From Octopus vulgaris (taxonomy: Eukaryota), in the NCBI GenBank assembly GCA_951406725.2, contig OX597821.1:114018001-114082000 (forward strand): a stretch of 64,000 bases of DNA, in the 5' to 3' direction. Of the stretch, positions 1 to 11,752 are shown piece after piece; positions within the stretch are counted from its first letter, which is position 1; each line of letters opens with the position of its first letter. Both the position numbers and the translations under genes were made by a program. The notes beneath the pieces were generated by a model. That model was not told the origin of the DNA. It worked only from the letters and a program-made list of their open reading frames with translations, and searched no databases.

Positions 1-42
1 GGGTTCATGTAGTAGTAGTGACAGTCATGCTTCACAATTTTT

Positions 43-115
<73 letters not shown>

Positions 116-579
116 GAGTGAGGGGAGAAAAATTACAGACGGACAGAAAGACACTCAGACAGACAGATAGATCGTTCGGTAGGTAGGCAGGTAAGTAGGT
201 GTTTGTTTATGCTGGATGAATGAGAGGAGAGTACTCAAAACAAACGAGGTTTCTTATTGAAACGGAAACAGAGTTTCACGAGACTGCGATCTTCAGACGG
301 AAGTCGCCAGAACAACGCAGTAGCGTGAAAGTTGATTCCCGAGATAAACTGCTCATATGTTTTAATCATTTGACTGTGGCCATGCTGGAGCACCACCTTT
401 AGTCGAACCCAGGACTTATTCTTTGTAAGCCTAATAGTTATGCTATCGGTGTTTGTGTCGATCCGCTAAGTTACGGGGACGTAAGCACACCAACATCGGT
501 TGTCAAGCGATGGTGTGAGGATAAACACAGAAACACAAATACACACACACACACAAAATATATATATACGTATCTCTCG

Positions 580-635
<56 letters not shown>

Positions 636-1039
636 CCTCACTCCCCCTCTCCCTCCCCCTCTCTCTCTATCCTCCTTCCTCCTCTTCCTCCTCCCCCTCC
701 CCCTCCTCTCTCTCCCACTCTCTCTCCCCTCCTCTCCTCCCCTCTTCTCCCCCTCCCCCTCTTCTCCTCTCTCCACACTACACCACACGACTTTACACAT
801 CACATCATATATGATGTGCCATACTAATACATACACCAACCCTATACATACACACGTCCAGACCTCTCATACGCACTAATACTCTCTCATACACACACAC
901 ACACACCCTTATACATACTAATACGTACTAATACATACTAATACATACTAATACATACACTAACCCTATACATACACACGTCCAGACCTCTCATACTCAC
1001 AAATACTCTCTCATACACACACACACACACACACACCCT

Positions 1040-1345
1040 TATGTTGGAGCGGGTCACTCAACCCTATTATCTCCCCTAATTTCGCTCTCGCGTCTCATGT
1101 TTGATCTTTGACTTCTGGCCGAAATCAGATCGCCAAGTTGGTTCGTTAGTTACTGCACGCATTTTTTTTCTCTCCTTTCTGTGTTTTTTTCTCTCTGTGT
1201 ATCTTTCTGTTGAAGAGCGTAGGCTCGAAACGTTAAAGACTTGTTTTATTTATATTTCCTGAGCGCCATACTAATACAATTGTTTGTTTGTTTTCCACCT
1301 ACCTTCGTCTTTTGTCTATTTTCATAAAGCTTCCCGTTATATATA
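1040..1345 (+). mobile_element. Hammerhead-bearing short element, family A (Penelope-like pLTR-type)
   Basis: Shares gaagagcgtaggctcgaa..cgt.aaagact..gagcg..actaatac..cttcgtctttt with 4643-4785 and (inverted) 54861-54970; ends in (TA)n. Confidence 0.6.
1202..1240 (+). ncRNA. Hammerhead-like motif, A6U core variant
   Basis: tcttt-CTGTTGA-a-gagc(gtag)gctc-GAAA-cgt-t-aaaga; stem I tcttt/aaaga, palindromic aacgtt. Confidence 0.55.
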
Positions 1346-1789
1346 TGTATACATTTATATATTTGTTGTGCAAGATTTTTTATGTGAAGTCGTGTGTTGA
1401 AACAGATATTGTCATATTTCGGAATGACCATTCCGAAATATAACAATATATATATATATTTACGACAGGCTTCTTTCAGTTTCCGTCTACCAAATCCACT
1501 GACAAGGCTTTGGTCGAGACGAGGCTGTAGTAGAAGACACTTGCCCAAGGTGCCACGCAGTGGGACTGAACCCAGAACCATGTGGTTGGAAAGCAAGCTT
1601 CTTTATTTCATATAGATTTGCCATACAGGCATTACAGAGAGGGGACAAACAAGGTCAGACAAACATAAAGGGTGAAGAAGCTTTTACGTTTTAAAAAGTC
1701 AAATCAATCCAATGAAAAAATGAATCGATGAAATATGCCTTAAAAATTCTAAATTTCGAATAAGTCATTGTGTTTCGCAATGAGGAGCA

Positions 1790-2380
1790 TTGAAAGAGAA
1801 GCACCCAACCATCTCGGTAGAACCTTTACTTTTTAACCCGACCTCACTTATCTGGTGCCAATCGCACCCAGCTTGCTCACCACAGGCTTCCATCTTTTCA
1901 CAAACATATCTCGTGACAGACATTTCTTCTCCAGCCTGATCTTACTACCGAGGTGGTAACTAAAAATGCAAGCTGGCAGAAACGTTAACACGCCGGGCGA
2001 AATGCTTAGCGGTATTTCGTCTGCCGCTATGTTCTGAGTTCAAATTCCGCCGAGGTCGACTTTGCCTTTCATCCTTTCGGGGTCGATAAATTAAGTACCA
2101 GTTACGCACTGGGGTCCATATAATCGACTTAATCCGTTTGTCTGTCCTTGTTTGCCGTCTCTGTGAGCAATAAAGAAATAGGTAACTAAAAATGTTAATC
2201 AACCCGTAGCCAGAGAGAAAGGTACCTGTCACTGTAACTTTCACACGCGTCTTCCATACTGTTTCTTTCAGTATGGCTGCTACGCAGAGAAAACAAGCCT
2301 TCCTTTCCCTGTTAAGGAAAGGAGGTGGCACAATCTCGTTGACAGACTCAGTTGATAGCTGTACTCTTGCCATCTTGTCG
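1790..2380 (-). mobile_element. Degenerate L1/Tx1-like LINE ORF2 C-terminal fragment interrupted by a SINE
   Basis: Translates ...FLCVAAILKETVWKTRVK...SGYGLINIFSY|...KIRLEKK/CLSRDMFVKRW, resembling L1/Tx1 ORF2 C-termini. Confidence 0.55.
1969..2180 (+). mobile_element. Deu/Nin-domain tRNA-derived SINE with 14-bp TSD
   Basis: B-box gagttcaaattcc and gtcgactttgcctttcatcctttcggggtcgataaattaagtaccag; ggtaactaaaaatg duplicated at 1955-1968 and 2181-2194. Confidence 0.9.
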
Positions 2381-3324
2381 TTCTTAAGCTGGTGTTTGGA
2401 GCACAAATTAACAAGAAATCTCGGTGGAAATGTTACAATGTAGGTTGCTTTAAAAACGGAAGTTTGTATCATAGGAACCAGGCACGGTCTCAGGTAATCT
2501 GGTATTGAAAGAATTTGACGAACGCGTAATTTGGCAGTTGGCCACGCAGAAGCCCACTTATTGACTAATGTATTTCCTATATTAAAACCCGTTTGTTACT
2601 AATTTCTTTTGACATCCACCATCTTTGTTTCAGTTTTTAAAATAATATAGAATTTAATAAAATAACCTTAGTATTATTGAGCTGGTGTTGGAAAGATAAA
2701 TTAACATGGAATTTTGATGGGAGGTTTTCATTTAGATCACTTTGAAACAGGAAGTCGTATCTCAAGTGGATTGGTATCGAAAAGGGTAAATAAATTGATA
2801 TAGCATATCTACCCATATTTTTATTTTTTTCTCCTTAAACCTCTCAATGTATGGGGAAAGACAGGATGTCTTCTGAAAATCAATTAAACAGGGAATAAAT
2901 TCGGGTTAATACTGTGACTATTTATATTCAACTAAAATATGATATTCTATTAGATTCAATGGAATGTCTCGAGCTAGGCTTGCGGCAAATTTAATGAGCA
3001 CGGAAATCACTTAACGTCGTCTGGTTGGAAGGTTATATAGCTGGGCGTTTACAAGGAGCTGTCACTAATATATTCTTTCTTCCTTTGTCGTTTTAGGATC
3101 GATAAAATAAATAAGAATATACTAAGGTCATATCTTTTAGTGTTTCGTTCCATATTACAAATTTGGCCTTGGGTCAACGATAAGCAGATAAAAAAAAAAA
3201 CCGTATTCTGGATAATTTACAAATTTCAGCTTCAAAATGAAAAATGAAATTAACAATCTGACCTACATAATTAAACTAAGTTGCTTTTACGTCTAGTGTT
3301 GTGCACTTTCATGTGTATGTGTAC

Positions 3325-3477
<153 letters not shown>

Positions 3478-3587
3478 AAATAGAGATTAATTCATTAATA
3501 ATTATATTTATTAATTGCACAAAACAGATGTAATCATTAATTGATTAATCCCTTATTAATTAATTAATCTTTATTTTCTTAATTTCG

Positions 3588-3646
<59 letters not shown>

Positions 3647-3727
3647 ACGAAATTGAGAAAATAGAGATTAATCAATTAATAATTATATTTATTAATTGCC
3701 CCCCAAAAAAAAAAACACAGACATAAT

Positions 3728-3809
3728 CCCTGATAGCTGTTTCGATTCCGACTTTAAAGATTTTAATTGTAATAATTAAATCATTATAAAATAGAATCTG
3801 GTCGGAGGC
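3728..3809 (-). ncRNA. Hammerhead motif with long stem II (G8C, probably decayed)
   Basis: Minus strand: cct-CCGACCA-gattc...gaatc-GAAA-cagcta-TC-agg. Confidence 0.6.
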
Positions 3810-3977
3810 ATTAAAAGAATTACTATTACGTTTTTGTATGTCGAGTGTACGGAACATTTCAGCCGAGAACTGTTTTAGGGATAAATTTCCTATAGAGCTT
3901 ATAAAGAATAATATCGGTGGATATTCGTATCCCTTAATGGGGCTTATGTTTACCTCTAATTGAACTATATAGACAGA

Positions 3978-4039
<62 letters not shown>

Positions 4040-4397
4040 CACATGTGCATGTATATATGTATATATATATGTGTGTGTATATATATATATGTATATATAT
4101 ACGCTAATTCTATAAACAAGCCTGTCGATATAAATATTCTCCTGAATTGAACTGAGACTGCCAGCCGCCACTGACCATTCAAAATACGACCATCAGGGCA
4201 CTCCCAGATTCTCCCACCCCCCTTTCCTCACCAGCCTTCCCTCTACTACCCTACCAAGAACTCACAACTACCTCGAACACACAAGTGCAAACAAGGGAGT
4301 CAGAGAAAGGCAGAATGCCATTAAATCTGAACACTACTATAGAAATATTGTTTTAAAAAAACTTTTCTTCTAATTTTTCTAAATTTAATTATTTAAT

Positions 4398-4445
4398 CGT
4401 TACAGTTGAAAAGGTCTCAAAATGACCGAAACCGGTACTGAAATG
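4398..4445 (+). ncRNA. Hammerhead motif, U3-A8 core
   Basis: cgttacag-TTGAAAA-ggtc(tcaaaat)gacc-GAAA-ccgg-TA-ctgaaatg; palindromic accggt. Confidence 0.7.
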
Positions 4446-4650
4446 TTCACTATAAAATTATTTTAGCATTTTCTATTTTTTACTTGTTTTTTCATATATA
4501 TATGTATATATATATATATGTATATATATGTATATATATATATATATATACACATATATATACATATATATATACATATATATGTATATATGTGTATATA
4601 TATGTATATATATATGTATGTATAAATATATATATATATATATCTGTGGT

Positions 4651-4689
4651 TCTTTCCGTTGAAGAGCGTAGGCTCGAATCGTAAAAGAC
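4651..4689 (+). ncRNA. Hammerhead-like motif, family A copy (degenerate)
   Basis: tcttt-CCGTTGA-a-gagc(gtag)gctc-GAAT-cgt-a-aaaga, between (TA)n and (CA)n tracts. Confidence 0.5.
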
Positions 4690-4797
4690 TTTCTCACTTC
4701 CCGAGCGTTAAACTAATACATCTGTTTGTTGTTTATACATCTGTCTTCGTCTTTTATTTTGTTTTTTTTTTGTAAATTCCAACTACACACACACACA

Positions 4798-4848
<51 letters not shown>

Positions 4849-4850
4849 TT

Positions 4851-4883
<33 letters not shown>

Positions 4884-5336
4884 TATACATGATAGATACG
4901 AGAATAAGTGAGTGAGAAGTAGAATATGAAAACATTACAGACATGTAAACTAAATACAATGAATCATACCAGAGGAAGGAGCTCGGAACCATTCAGAAGC
5001 GAACGAAATGTTTTGTCGGTTCGACAGTGGTTTCGTTAATGAACTGTACTCCAGGAGGGAATATACTACACTGTAGGAAATATTTCAGTTTAACAAATGT
5101 TGAAGTAAGTACACGTGTAAGTGAATATATGAAAACTGAACCAAGTTTTAAAAGATTATGTTTAGTTGAATCAGTGTTTCTCAACAGGGTTCACATGACC
5201 CTTGGTGGGGTCCATATAAGATTTTGTTGCTAAAATATCTGTGCAATAAATTGCTTATGCTTCTACAATACACAAAATATGTTAACAAAATATTTATACA
5301 ACTTCTAATAATATTTAATTATAAAAATATAAAAAG

Positions 5337-5377
5337 ACTAACACTTTGACCCGGCGTTGCCGGGTCATAGTGCTAGT
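5337..5377. repeat. 41-bp palindrome resembling a Helitron 3' terminus
   Basis: actaacactttgacccggc-gtt-gccgggtcatagtgctagt: GC-rich hairpin followed by CTAG|T. Confidence 0.55.
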
Positions 5378-5446
5378 GCATGCATATACAGTTGCGTGCG
5401 TGCGCGAGTACTGTCCAAATCTCCGACCAATCACATACTGCTAGCT

Positions 5447-5500
<54 letters not shown>

Positions 5501-5663
5501 TATAAGAGGAAGCCGTTTCTAACCACTTTAGAAAGCAGTCACGTAACTGCGTATTCAGCTGTAGTTTATACCGGGATTCTAGTTGTATACCAAACTGAGC
5601 ACTCAGAGTACAAACCTGTTAGTTTGAGGCACTCTGATGAAAACGCCTCGTATATTTTTTGTA

Positions 5664-6171
<508 letters not shown>

Positions 6172-6179
6172 AATTTGTG

Positions 6180-6390
6180 AGTAAGTGTGTGTGTGTGTTT
6201 GCCCCTACCCGCCGCTCGATAACCGATATTGATAAGCGTACTACCCCGTAACTTAGCGGTTCAGCAAAAGAGCCACATAGAATAAGTACCAGATAAGTAC
6301 AGATAAGTACTAAAGTCGATTCGTTCGACTAAAATAAGATGGTGCCCCAGTATGGTCGCAGTCTAATGACTGAAACATGTAAGACATAAA
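6180..6390 (+). mobile_element. CORE-type SINE 3' half (diverged)
   Basis: ccccgtaacttagcggttc.gcaaaagag...gaataagtac...aatgactgaaaca. Confidence 0.75.
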
Positions 6391-7491
6391 AATGAGAAAT
6401 CTGTTTTAATTCGTTTTAAGGTTATATATAGAGAGTGCAGTAGTATACATACAGTTACCCATCATACGATGGGTAACTGTATGACTGTATAGTGGATGTT
6501 TGTCAGCCATTTTGGGAGTTTTGTGTATTAAAAGAATTAAGCAATGATTTATGTATGTGAGTTAATGGCCTACTGTCATTTCGTGTAGTCACTCCTCAAC
6601 GTATTTACCCGAAGATATGTCCACTTTTAGTATTCAGTTACCAATGATGAGTTGAGTCTTTCGTAAAAGGATTAACCATCAAAGGAGCAGACGATTTAAC
6701 TATGAATATTAACACTGAAGCTGCCGAGTTCGCTGCTAAAAACAACGGAAACACGTTGTAATTACTCAATTAGATTTTAGTACAGATTTAAAACTCTCTC
6801 ATGAGTGTAGTTAGGACTGGAAAGGTTTTTAACCAGCTGACATTTTCTAGATACACTACAGTAAGGTGGAGTTTAAGAGGTTTGCTCTTCTACGACCCAA
6901 TTTCGTTTATTTTTTATTATTTCTCTAAAATAATTGAGCGTTTAAACTATTTTAGAGAAATTGCATGAAGTTGGCAATCCATAAGTAACGATTTCATCTA
7001 AGTAATATGATATATTTTAGAGCCCAAAATATTTTCTCTTTCATTAGATTTTATTCAATCTAGAGATGTGTGTTTTATTTAAACGGGTGTGTAAATTTTA
7101 GAATTAATTGTCTAATTTTATCGGTGACAATAAGCTATTTAAACTCTTTAGTCAAATAGTTCTTCATCTAAAAACCCACTTCGCCTTCCTGTACGTTTCG
7201 AGGTTAAAATCTCTAGACAACCTTCTGTAACCTGACAACCAAACTATTTGCAGTTTTGACCTAGCTGACGCTCGCTAAATTCGAAATGGCCCGAAATCAC
7301 CGAATTAAAAATGAACTGCATGCATTCCTTCGATAAGGAAATCTATGTGCAGACGTTCTCCCTCCAGAAATAGCAGCCAATCATCCTTTATATCATATAC
7401 ATTACTATCCTTTAAAAAAATGGAAAGATATATTAGCATAGCCTACGTGCTCTCTTATTCTTTCCCTCACCATATGTGTACATACATACAT

Positions 7492-7551
<60 letters not shown>

Positions 7552-8039
7552 TGTGTGTAAATGCTTACAACAACCACAAGAAACTTGCAAGAGGGGCGGT
7601 GTTTGCTAATAATGAAATCGACAATCTTCGTTTTTTAATCTGATTTGCAAGATTCTTAATGTGAATTCGTGTGTTGGAGGAAATTTTGGGCGATAACGTA
7701 CAGCGTCACCAGCCATTGACAAATTTTGGAGGAAAAAGAAATATAAATAATAAATGAGTGAAAATCGAACCGGTGAATGCGTTAGACAAGGCCTGAAGAC
7801 GGCATGACTCTTCCCAGAAGCAACAAAATTGACAATGTTTCTGATGGCAATATTAACGGCTTCTCACACTGTAATTCATAAGATCTATTGGATTTCGTTG
7901 ACCCTGAAGGGATGAAAGGCAATTTTTTTTTCTGTGTGAGATTTGAACCCAGAATCTTTTTGCCAAAGAGAAGGATGCGTTGAAGGTAAAAAAGACTCAA
8001 CTCAAAGTAGATAGAACCTCTCAAAATTATATATCATTT

Positions 8040-8612
8040 TCTATTCTAGGCACAAGGCCCGAAACTTTTGAGGGGGCCAGTCGATTAGATCGACCCCAGT
8101 ACGCAATTGGTACTTGATTTATCGATCCTGAAAGGATGAAAGGCAAAGTTGACCTCAACGGAATTTGAACTCAAAACGTAAAGACAGACGAAATACCTAT
8201 TTCTTTACTACCCACAAGGGGCTAAACATAGAGGGGACAAACAAGGACAGACAAACGGATTAAGTCGATTACATCGATCCCAGTTCGTAACTGGTGCTTA
8301 TTTAATCGACCCCGAAAGGATGAAAGGAAAAGTCGACCTCGGCGGAATTTGAACTCAGAACGTATCGGCAGATGAAATACTAATTTCTTTACTGCTCACA
8401 AGGGGCTACACACAGAGAGGAGAAATAAGGACAGACAAACGGATTAAGTCGATTATATCGACCCCAGTGCGTAACTGGTACTTATTTAATCGACCCCGAA
8501 AGTATGAATGGCAAAGTCGACCTCGGCGGAATTTGAACTCAGAACATAAAGACAGACGAAATATCGCTAAGCATTTCGCCCGGCGTGCTAACGTTTCTGC
8601 CAGCTCGCCGCC
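8040..8612 (-). mobile_element. Deu/Nin-domain SINE, tandem trimer
   Basis: Three successive gaaaggatgaaaggcaaagtcgacctcggcggaatttgaactcaga-type units about 185 bp apart; complete head at 8570-8612. Confidence 0.9.
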
Positions 8613-9205
8613 ATTCTTAAAAATATATATATGCTTGTATAATCGTATTTGTAGCTAATCTAAAGTAATAATTAGTTTCGTTTCAGCTGAATGCTAATTT
8701 ATTAACTCATTGCAACGGAATGTATCTACGGACGTGACCGGAAACTTGCCCTCTCCTTCGAAAATTTGAAAAGAAGGAAGACATTGCAAAGGAAGGAACG
8801 TGATAAATATAACGACGAGCATTTGTCAGAAATAACGATGATCGCTTCTTGCTTCTTCAGATACAGAAAAAGAAAGATATACACACACACACACACACAC
8901 ACGCATACACGCGCGCGCACACACATAGACACATGCATGCATACACGTATACACTCACGAGCACGTAGGCACAGACACACACAAAAACACATTCACGCAT
9001 ACACGTATACATATACACGGCTTTTCTAATAGGAGTCTCAAGAGCTCAACAATTTTGATAAGGCTAACACACACACACACACATATCTATACAGCCACAC
9101 AAACATAAATACATAATGTCTTTGTATCTATCATAAAAATATGTTAATGGTTGTTCGTAGACATCATACATCCAATTAAACGCTAACACATTTTTATCTA
9201 GTAAA

Positions 9206-9633
9206 GGATCTTTTCGGTTTGAACGGCAGTTTTTTCTAGCGGTGTTATATGAAATTGTCACCCATAATTATGACCCTAGTATCGATCTATTGCATTTCAA
9301 TCTGTTTTAGGGTTAGGGTTAGGGTTAGGGGTGAGGGGAAGGGTATCTTTTTTTCTTCACAAATGTAAATAAACCCAATCTGTTTCTTAAACGAGGGACA
9401 TATTCATACGGCACAGAATGTTTTTTTTTACCTCAATAGACGTCATTGATTGGTTGAAATTGCAGAAATTGAAGAAAAAAACAACAACAAATATCTTACA
9501 AACCATAGAATTTTCTCAATAAAACCAAGAGAAAAAGATGTTTTATAAACATATTCTACCAGTATACGAAGTTTAAAAGTGTTTAGTTACCTAGAAATTA
9601 TGTTAAAAAGTGCCGTTCAAACTGAAAAGATCC
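9206..9633. mobile_element. MITE with ~28-bp TIRs, GG...CC ends, 8-bp TSD (Merlin- or Mutator-like) and internal (TTAGGG)4
   Basis: ggatcttttcggtttgaacggcagttttt ... aaaaagtgccgttcaaactgaaaagatcc; flanks ctagtaaa / gtagtaaa. Confidence 0.85.
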
Positions 9634-11472
9634 GTAGTAAATGCATCATACATCTAACTCCACATTGAATTTTACATTAACCCTTTGTCTGTTCAAAGCA
9701 TTTTGATAAGTTTGTCCTAAACGTCCTCGCTCATTTTCAAACTTTTCGTCAGCCTTTTTTTCATACATTCTGAGTTAAAATAAAGATTTCCTTTCGACTC
9801 TGGCGGATGAAAATAATCGGGAATGTACATCATACATGATGCATGATTACCAGAGAAATATGTTTTGTGATATCGCTTGTAATACAAAGGACAGACAAAG
9901 GGTTAAATAAATATTTCTCTTCAGCCTCCCTTCTTCCTTAAATTTTCTTCTTGATTTAATGCAAACCCAACATTTGTAAGAGAATGGATTAATATGACTC
10001 AGTATATAACTGGTATTACTTTAACCACTTCTCATGAAGTGTATTTAAAATAAAATGTCATCGAGGTCGTGAAGCTGCGAGGTGGCACATTGTTGGTTCG
10101 GAGCAATGAAAGAAATGTAATCTGAATGCTATCCCGGTCAAACACACAACTAAAGAGGTGCAAATAAATACAATGCCAGTGGGAAAACACCAACAGAGGT
10201 GTGAGTGTATCGAAAGTTATTGCTAATGGGATATGAAGACAAGACTTCGGGACATGCCATAAGAACCTGATACATATCATTGGATCTCTGTCCCGTTGTC
10301 ACTGCTATGTCCCAATGGCAATATTGCCCGAATCCTCGTCGCAACAGATATGTCCCATGATGACGACATTTATTTCGTCGTCTCTACGGGTCTGGTCCGA
10401 ACTGCGAACCTTCGCCGACAACTCCCGGCATGTGCAGGAACTGGTTCGCAATCCATTATCCGTTGTTTTGTTTTTTTTGTCTTTTCACTTCGCCCCAAAA
10501 TGGGGAAAAAGACAAACTCACAAAATTCACAAGCCCGCAGGCAAAAATAGTACTTATCAAATCCAACAATTCAAATCAAAAGTTCACCCTCGCGGGAGAC
10601 CCCTGAACAGGCATACAACACAACTCACATCGACCGAAATCAAAAGATTTAACAACAGGAGCAACAATCTTCGCTGACCGACCCTACTGACTGTGTCAGT
10701 CCCCTATTTATTAGTAGTGGACCAGCCCACTTCTCGCCTGGGGGGCCTCCACCACAGCAGAATCCATTGTCTTTTAGCTACAATTCTACGAGAAACAAAG
10801 CAAAACGCGAAAAATCCAAGAAATATAAGAATGTAAGATTGCATCGTGTTTATTTCTGAATTATTATCTGTGTTTATTAGTGTTTCCATGTAGACGTGTG
10901 TTAGCACCGAGCTACGACATGTCATGGCTATTTTTGCGAACACAGCACTTCTTTTTTTTTTATTTTGTTTTTATATATTATCTAATTTTTGCCAATGAAG
11001 TCTCTTTCCTCAAGTACATAAAGACATTCAAGTGCCAGTCAGCAGCAATTTGTGTGACTGAGTGCAGAATTATGAGTAGAGTCCCGTATATGGTATATGT
11101 CAGTGCTTCTAGATAGACACACGGTGACACAGTTAACACACATACACACACACACAAACACACAGAGGCACGCACACACGTACACATACATAGACGAACA
11201 ATCATATATACAAATATATTCGTGAATTCATAGAAATATAACTACGTAGGTGTGTGTGTGTGTGTATGCATATGTGTGTGTGTGTTGTGAATGTATGTGA
11301 ATATGATATGTCGTCTGCATATTTCGAGAGGATACTTAAATAGTTATTAAGTGAGCTGCCGGGATTTCACAAACACACTAGAAATACGTCATTAACTACA
11401 GATGCAATCGAGTGCAAGTATTGAACACCTTGATGATTGATAGGGATTTGTATCGATATCAGTGAATAGATA

Positions 11473-11752
11473 CATTATTTACATTATTTACATTCGACGG
11501 ATATTTGTCCTCATCTTGTTTGTTGTTAACATATCGTTTCGGCTGATATACCCTCCAGCCTTTATCAGGTGTCTTGGGGAAATTTCGAACCTGGGTTTCC
11601 CCAAGATACCTGAAGAAATTTCTCCAAGACACCTGATGAAGGCTGGATGCTATATCAGCCGAAACGTTGTGTTAACAACAAACAAGATGAAGACAAATAT
11701 CCGTCGAATGTAAATAATGATCATAATTCCTCATCTCTTAAATATAGAACTG
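11473..11752 (+). mobile_element. Fold-back hammerhead element with 13-bp TSD
   Basis: Arms ~11482-11585 and ~11615-11719 are inverted; unique tail 11720-11752; cagtgaatagata (11460-11472) / cagtgagtagata (11753-11765). Confidence 0.85.
11628..11673 (+). ncRNA. Minimal type I hammerhead ribozyme, canonical core
   Basis: acac-CTGATGA-a-ggctgg(atgctata)tcagcc-GAAA-cgt-t-gtgt; the antisense copy at 11528-11573 has CTGATAA. Confidence 0.8.

Larger units (their letters stand above)
355..1600 (-). mobile_element. CORE-type tRNA-derived SINE, split by ~900 bp of microsatellite and inserted sequence
   Basis: 355-560 is the reverse complement of the 3' half and 1462-1600 of the 5' half (ggcaccttgggcaagtgtctt, CORE-like) of the family seen intact at 38420-38845. 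Confidence 0.8.

Noticed and set aside
5172-5330. hAT-like terminus cagtgtttctcaac
   Set aside because: No partner TIR or TSD located.
5633-5650. ctgatgaaaacg as a hammerhead core
   Set aside because: No stem II between CTGATGA and GAAA.
9307-9330. (TTAGGG)4 as a chromosome end or fusion site
   Set aside because: Only four units, internal to a TIR element.
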